A stretch of 32,000 nucleotides of DNA from NCBI RefSeq assembly GCF_000010065.1, contig NC_006576.1, forward strand, positions 2,490,001-2,522,000, in the 5' to 3' direction. The notes under the pieces are model-generated. The model was not told where the DNA came from, made no database searches, and saw only the letters and a list, made by a program, of their open reading frames with translations. A program made the translations under genes and the position numbers. The stretch comes from Synechococcus elongatus PCC 6301 (GTDB lineage Bacteria > Cyanobacteriota > Cyanobacteriia > Synechococcales > Synechococcaceae). Shown piece by piece: positions 27,440 to 32,000 of the stretch. Every line of letters begins with the position of its first letter. The first letter of the stretch is position 1.

Positions 27440-27931
27440 ATGATGCGCTTTCGCTATCCCGCCTTTTGGATTCCAGCACTGGGCGGCTTGATCTGCGATC
27501 GCCTCAGCAAGATCTGGGTGGTAACTGAGTTTCAGCTCTATCAAAGCTGGCCGATTTGGCCTCAAGTCTTCCACTTCACCTATGTGCGCAATTCTGGTGC
27601 TGCTTTCAGTCTATTTAGTGGCGGTAGTAGCTGGTTGCGCTGGCTGTCCTTTCTGGTCTGCTTTGGCTTAGCAATCTGGGCTTGGTTTGGCCCGCGTATG
27701 ACCCGCAGCGAACAATTGGGCTATGGCTTCATTTTTGCGGGGGCGTTTGGCAATGGTCTCGATCGCTTCTACGATGGCTCCGTCGTTGATTTTCTCGACT
27801 TCCGGTTGATTCTCTTTCCGGTTTTCAATATCGCGGATGTCTTGATCAATCTGGGAGTTGCCTGCCTGATCATTTCCTTTCTGCGACCCCTTTGGACCCG
27901 TCCCCGATCGAGTAAGCCACCCTTGTCATGA
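27440..27931 (+). CDS. lspA: Lipoprotein signal peptidase (signal peptidase II)
   Basis: The conserved boxes are YVRNSGAAFS, FGNGLDR, VVDFLDF and FPVFNIADVLINLG. Confidence 0.9.
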   Translation: MMRFRYPAFWIPALGGLICDRLSKIWVVTEFQLYQSWPIWPQVFHFTYVRNSGAAFSLFSGGSSWLRWLSFLVCFGLAIWAWFGPRMTRSEQLGYGFIFAGAFGNGLDRFYDGSVVDFLDFRLILFPVFNIADVLINLGVACLIISFLRPLWTRPRSSKPPLS

Positions 27932-27982
27932 TTCAGTGAACCGATCGCGATCGCAGGGTTAGCGATTTGTCGATGGTAGTTC

Positions 27983-29434
27983 TCAAGACGATTGGATCTG
28001 AGCATGCAAGAGCTGCCCAAGCGTTTGAAGCGCCTGATGAATGGCTTCAGTAAACGGCAGGCCAAAGTTGAGCCGAAAACAATGGCGATAGTTGCCGGAC
28101 GGAGAAAACATCACGCCGGGCGCAATGATGATTTGTCGCTGGCGAGCTACTTCGTAGAGCTGTAGGGTATCGACGTGTGGCGGCATTTCAATCCAGAGGA
28201 CATAACCACCCTTGGGCCGCGAGACCTTAGTGATGGCTGGAAAATAATCACAGATGGCTTGGGTCATACTTTGCATTTGCGAGTGATGAGCCTGCCGGAG
28301 TCGGCGCAGATGGCGATCGTAGCCACCATTCGCCAGGAAAGCGGCAGTCGTGAGTTGCGGTGCGATCGCGGACATGTAATTCATTGTCATTTTTAGCTGC
28401 TCAACCTTGAGCTGATATCTGCCAGCAACCACCCAGCCCACTCTTAATCCAGGTGAGAGTGTTTTACTTACAGAAGCGCAGTAGAGAACCCGTCCATCTT
28501 GATCTAGGGCTTTAATTGCTTTCGGACGACTACCCTCAAAGTGAAGTTCGCCGTAGATGTCATCTTCAATTAGGGGAATATCGCAATGATTAAGAAGATC
28601 AATAATTTGCTTCTTCTTGCTGTCACTCATACAGCTTCCCAAGGGGTTACTAAAGTTGGTAATTAAGACACAGGCGACAACTTTTCGAGTTTTCAACGCT
28701 TCTTCGAGATGCTCGAGTGAAATGCCCTCTTGGGGATGGGTTGGTAGCTCTAGGGCTTTGAGATGTAAGGCTGAAAGAGTCTCAAGTAAAAGGTGGTAGG
28801 TAGGAGATTCAATCGCAACAGTGTCACCCGGCTTAGTAATGGCTTTGAGGGAAAGATAGAGGGCTTCTGTGGTGCCGTTTGTGATCACAATCTGATCCGG
28901 TGTGGCCGAACATCCTGCATCCAATAGCCGCCTAGCCACTTCATGACGTAATTCCTCACACCCTTGGGGTGAACCGTAGCAATGGGCTGCTGCCGGTTGG
29001 GTACGCAGAACTTGTCCCATCAAGCGGTTAAGCGTTGCAATGGGGAGCAGTTCAGTCCCGGCGATCGCAGACCCCAGACCGACTGTTTGGGAATCACAGA
29101 CGGCGTTGCTAACGCGAAAAGCAAGAGAAATCTCAACTGGGTGATTCACCGCTGTAGGAGGGCTAAAACTAGGCTCTTCGGGCAGTGAATGCAGGGCAGA
29201 TTTGACGAAATAGCCCGACTGAGGTCGTGCCTGGATTAAGCCCCGATCTTCCAAAAGGCGATAGGCTTCCAGCACCGTTGAGATACTGATGGACCACTGG
29301 CGATGGAGCTTGCGAACGGAGGGCAAGCGATCGCCCGGCTGGAGCGTTCCTTCAAGAATCAAGCGATGAATGCGATCGGCAACGGCTTCATAGAGCGTTT
29401 GGCTCGGGGCTGAATCAATCATTTTGGCTTCCAT
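27983..29434 (-). CDS. MocR/GabR-type regulator (GntR wHTH fused to a fold-type-I aminotransferase-like domain)
   Basis: The N-terminus LYEAVADRIHRLILEGTLQPGDRLPSVRKLHRQWSISISTVLEAYRLLEDRGLIQARPQSGYFV is a GntR HTH. The C-terminal AAT-like domain has the PLP-Lys region YCASVSKTLSPGLRVGWV. The start is ATG at complement 29432-29434 or 29420-29422, and the longer track ORF would run through the putative operator. Confidence 0.85.
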   Translation of the reverse strand: MEAKMIDSAPSQTLYEAVADRIHRLILEGTLQPGDRLPSVRKLHRQWSISISTVLEAYRLLEDRGLIQARPQSGYFVKSALHSLPEEPSFSPPTAVNHPVEISLAFRVSNAVCDSQTVGLGSAIAGTELLPIATLNRLMGQVLRTQPAAAHCYGSPQGCEELRHEVARRLLDAGCSATPDQIVITNGTTEALYLSLKAITKPGDTVAIESPTYHLLLETLSALHLKALELPTHPQEGISLEHLEEALKTRKVVACVLITNFSNPLGSCMSDSKKKQIIDLLNHCDIPLIEDDIYGELHFEGSRPKAIKALDQDGRVLYCASVSKTLSPGLRVGWVVAGRYQLKVEQLKMTMNYMSAIAPQLTTAAFLANGGYDRHLRRLRQAHHSQMQSMTQAICDYFPAITKVSRPKGGYVLWIEMPPHVDTLQLYEVARQRQIIIAPGVMFSPSGNYRHCFRLNFGLPFTEAIHQALQTLGQLLHAQIQSS

Positions 29435-29462
29435 GGCCGCTCGCCCAAACGATAAGAGCAGC

Positions 29463-29535
29463 ACAGTTAGGGCTTCTGATCGCCATAACAGTTGTGAACG
29501 GTCTAACTGTACTCCTTGCAATTTACTCGAACTGT
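29463..29535. promoter_or_regulatory. Nested dyad ACAGTT-N19-ACAGTT-N11-AACTGT-N19-AACTGT; candidate MocR operator
   Basis: The hexamers were read directly at 29463-29468, 29488-29493, 29505-29510 and 29530-29535. The inner and outer pairs share the same symmetry centre (about 29499). It lies between the MocR gene and the divergent small ORF. Confidence 0.45.
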
Positions 29536-29663
29536 CTCTGGTTTGTGGCCAGTTGCTTGATCAGAATTGAAAAAAGCGTGATCGCAGCAATCGTAAATTC
29601 ACAATCTCTGTCAGAAATTCTGGATTTTGAGTAGAGCGATCGCAGGTTTAAGGAGATGGGAGT

Positions 29664-29972
29664 ATGAAAGAATACTCAGTCCTCAATCAGGGCTTAAAAG
29701 TCCTAAATTCTAGTGATTTTTGGATTGTGATCGCTCGCTTGCATCATTCTGCTTTGAGCGAAATTTCAACCAGAATCAGGCAATCTCTAGACTTCTGTTT
29801 TGCGAGCATCTTGACAACGTCCGAGCCTAAAGTATCTCGAAAATACGATCGCGCCGGCAATCTCTACTTTGTTGTTGATGATCCTAAATCTGGGCAGCGT
29901 CTGAGCTTAGGGTCAGAACGCGAAGTCAGAATCTGGCTGGAGCAACGCTACTACTCAAGGCCCGATCGCTAA
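29664..29972 (+). CDS. Small hypothetical protein (102 aa) with a conserved-looking C-terminal module
   Basis: A strong AAGGAG Shine-Dalgarno lies 8 nt upstream of the ATG. The C-terminus KYDRAGNLYFVVDDPKSGQRLSLGSEREVRIWLEQRYY resembles a short motif (D..GN.Y..V.DP.TG....FGSE.EVR.W.E.RY) that I recall from small cyanobacterial proteins of unknown function. Confidence 0.55.
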   Translation: MKEYSVLNQGLKVLNSSDFWIVIARLHHSALSEISTRIRQSLDFCFASILTTSEPKVSRKYDRAGNLYFVVDDPKSGQRLSLGSEREVRIWLEQRYYSRPDR

Positions 29973-30017
29973 ATCAATCCTTGACCGCTCGCTTGCCAGT
30001 TCTCGAGTGAGATTGAC

Positions 30018-31568
30018 CTAAAGAACCCCAATCTCTTTGAGCAGTTTTTTCTGCTGGCTAGCAGCCACCAAAGCATGAGCGGCTAGCGCGCCGCTGGTGG
30101 CTACTGGCGGCACTCCAATACCCGGAAAAACGCTGGCGCCGCAGAGCAACAAATTGGGGATGGGGGTTTGACAACCGGGGAATAGGCCTTGGTCGGCCCC
30201 GATCGCGGGCCCATAGCTGCCTTGAAACGTGTTGAGATAGTGAGCCTGAGTGCGGGGTGTCCCTTCCAGGGAAATGACGGCGCGATCGCGGACATCTGGA
30301 ATCAACTGTTCCAGTACATCCCAAAAGATCTGGCAGCGATCGCGTTTTTGCGCTTCATAGGCAGCACTACCCGGCTCCAAATCCTTCCACAATGCCCAGG
30401 GCTCATTGGCTGGGGTATATCCGTGCAGGACTTGATGGCCTGTGGGCGCAAGGTCAGGTTGCAAGAGCGACGGCATGGAGAGCACCACCATGTTGCGATC
30501 GGCTGTGATGCCTCGCTGCCAATCCCCTACCCAAACATGGTGTAGAGGCAGATGCTGAAGGTCATCGCCGCGAAGCCCCAAATGGAGATGCAAAAATCCG
30601 TGGCAAGCCGGAGTTTGTTGCCGCTGCTGCCGCCAACGAGTCGGTAGACTCTTCTCCGGTAGCAGATTTAGGGTGTCCCAAATGCTGGCGTTGCTGACCA
30701 CGGCTCGCCGGGCATGAATCACCTGGTCATCAGCACAGCGCACGCCCCGGGCGCGATCGCCCTCCACCAAAATTTCTGTGACGCGGCTACGCACTTGCAA
30801 ATTGCCACCGTGTTTTCTGAGGCCACGCACAAGAGCTTCGGCGATCGCTGCACTGCCGCCAACGGGATATTCCAAGCAGGCATCGGGTTCAAACCACTCA
30901 CCGAACAGCGTTACCATCGCCGCTGCACTGGTTTGATCGGCGGGCAGGCCACTGATCAAAAAGCACAGCAACTCCACCCAGTTGAGCAGGAAGGGATCGC
31001 GGAGGTGCCGGCGAGCGATCGGGCCAAAGGCACCTCCCAAAGCGGCCATTCGTCCCAAATGGGGCAGCAATTTACCCGCACTGCCAGCCAAGGTGTTGAT
31101 CAAACTCAGCCCCGGACGGAGCGCCAACAAAGGCAGAGCATTGGCCGCTGCACTGTAGGGAGCCAGCCACGTCATAAAGTCCTGCCATTCTTGAGCAGCT
31201 GCAGGCCCTCGCAAGGCCGTGACTGTTTTGAGGAAATCTGCGTTACCAACCCCGATCTGAAACGTGCCTTCTGGGAGTAACACGCCCCACTCTCGATAGG
31301 TCAAAACTGGCACCTCTTCGCCGATCGCCCGCAGCACCTGCGCTAGCGGGTTGGTGCTGGGCCAGCGGCTTAGTCCTGACCAAAGTGAAGGCCCTGATTC
31401 AAAGTGAAAGCCGCGTCGCTCGAAGCCATGGGCTGCGCCCCCGGGACGATCGTGGGCTTTTAGAACAAGTACTTCTAATCCATAGCGGGCTGCCAACGCT
31501 CCGCAACAGAGCCCCCCCAGCCCACTGCCAATCACAATCAGGTCAACAGATTCACGGGACGACGACAT
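30018..31568 (-). CDS. FAD-dependent oxidoreductase of the phytoene desaturase / carotenoid isomerase (CrtI-CrtISO, COG1233) family
   Basis: The N-terminal dinucleotide fold is DLIVIGSGLGGLCCGALAARYGLEVLVLKAHDRPGGAAH. The C-terminal motif is LLLCGASVFPGIGVPPVATSG. The ATG at complement 31566-31568 is preferred over the TTG-extended track ORF. Confidence 0.85.
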   Translation of the reverse strand: MSSSRESVDLIVIGSGLGGLCCGALAARYGLEVLVLKAHDRPGGAAHGFERRGFHFESGPSLWSGLSRWPSTNPLAQVLRAIGEEVPVLTYREWGVLLPEGTFQIGVGNADFLKTVTALRGPAAAQEWQDFMTWLAPYSAAANALPLLALRPGLSLINTLAGSAGKLLPHLGRMAALGGAFGPIARRHLRDPFLLNWVELLCFLISGLPADQTSAAAMVTLFGEWFEPDACLEYPVGGSAAIAEALVRGLRKHGGNLQVRSRVTEILVEGDRARGVRCADDQVIHARRAVVSNASIWDTLNLLPEKSLPTRWRQQRQQTPACHGFLHLHLGLRGDDLQHLPLHHVWVGDWQRGITADRNMVVLSMPSLLQPDLAPTGHQVLHGYTPANEPWALWKDLEPGSAAYEAQKRDRCQIFWDVLEQLIPDVRDRAVISLEGTPRTQAHYLNTFQGSYGPAIGADQGLFPGCQTPIPNLLLCGASVFPGIGVPPVATSGALAAHALVAASQQKKLLKEIGVL

Positions 31569-31821
31569 GAGGTGTCTCGGCAAGGACTGAGGCGATCGCA
31601 AAACCCGTTCCAGTCAATCACTGTCGAGCTGTTGTCGATCACTGCTTAATCTAGGCGATTCCCACTGGCAGCGGCCGAATGCCCCTAGCCAAACAGGATG
31701 ACTTGGCGCTCGGAGGCTGAAGCTAGCAATCGCTCTTTTGTCAAGTTTCGGCGGGGACATTGCTCTTGCAGGCACCACCCTAGACTTAATTACTTAATCT
31801 CTATCGGCTTAGAGTGTTTTC

Positions 31822-32000
31822 ATGGCCTTCCGTTCCTTCCTCCCGCTTCGGCCCGGTATCAAGCGATCGCTTGCAGGTGGTTTGGCCGCCGCAATTGCAG
31901 CAGGTAGCTTTGCGACTACGGCTGGGGCGCGCAGTGCCCAAACCAGTGCCGCAGGGGCTACTCCTCAGCAAGTTGCTCAAGCCAAGCAGGAGCTGGTTCT
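31822..32000 (+). CDS. N-terminus of a probable secreted/periplasmic protein (partial, continues past the right edge)
   Basis: ATG 31822 gives MAFRSFLPLRPGIKRSLAGGLAAAIAAGSFATTAGARSAQTSAAGATPQQVAQAKQELV..., a signal-peptide-like h-region followed by an Ala-rich linker. The frame stays open to the window end. It is not in the ORF track because there is no stop. Confidence 0.4.
   Translation, partial: MAFRSFLPLRPGIKRSLAGGLAAAIAAGSFATTAGARSAQTSAAGATPQQVAQAKQELV

Overview
The window looks like core chromosome of a Synechococcus elongatus-type cyanobacterium (PCC 7942 / PCC 6301 / UTEX 2973 lineage). Two things support this. The octamer GCGATCGC (HIP1) occurs about 94 times by my eye count, against fewer than 1 expected by chance. 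The gene content is also cyanobacterial: HLIP, ndhH, gap2, ftrC, sufR-sufBCDS, a group-2 sigma factor, ycf35/Fed7-like genes and an HPP protein. About 39 protein-coding genes are tightly packed on both strands. I found no rRNA, tRNA, CRISPR array, transposase, integrase or phage genes. Confident calls: ald (partial), HLIP, rlmN, an SSF transporter, GNAT, a HEAT-repeat protein, DUF2997 / DUF1257 / Fed7-like ferredoxin, a methyltransferase, an aldo-keto reductase, a group-2 sigma factor (probably rpoD2), an HPP membrane protein, a hotdog thioesterase, ndhH, gap2, murC, murB, a MerR regulator, sufS-sufD-sufC-sufB, ftrC, sufR, a gpt-like PRTase, a thioredoxin-like protein, a KdpD N-terminal-only protein, bioY, lspA, a MocR regulator and a CrtI-like oxidoreductase. 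No obvious defence or mobile island is present, so the novelty candidates are small functionally unassigned modules and cis-elements: (1) sufR is translationally coupled by ATGA overlaps to an unknown 136-aa ORF and a gpt-like phosphoribosyltransferase, and two perfect CAAC-N6-GTTG SufR boxes sit in front of ftrC rather than sufB; (2) an orphan KdpD sensor domain is paired with a glycine-rich membrane protein, with no kdpFABC or kinase domain in the window; (3) SSF transporter, 50-aa membrane peptide and GNAT form an overlapping-gene triad; (4) a DUF2997 / DUF1257 / ferredoxin / methyltransferase / AKR array carries a duplicated RSGLEPELGG peptide; (5) a low-GC patch holds a MocR regulator, an exactly nested ACAGTT/AACTGT dyad and a small divergent ORF; (6) helical-phase direct repeats of OmpR/RpaB-box type lie upstream of the sigma factor and the HLIP gene. 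All functional calls rest on motif recognition by eye, and no database search was possible.
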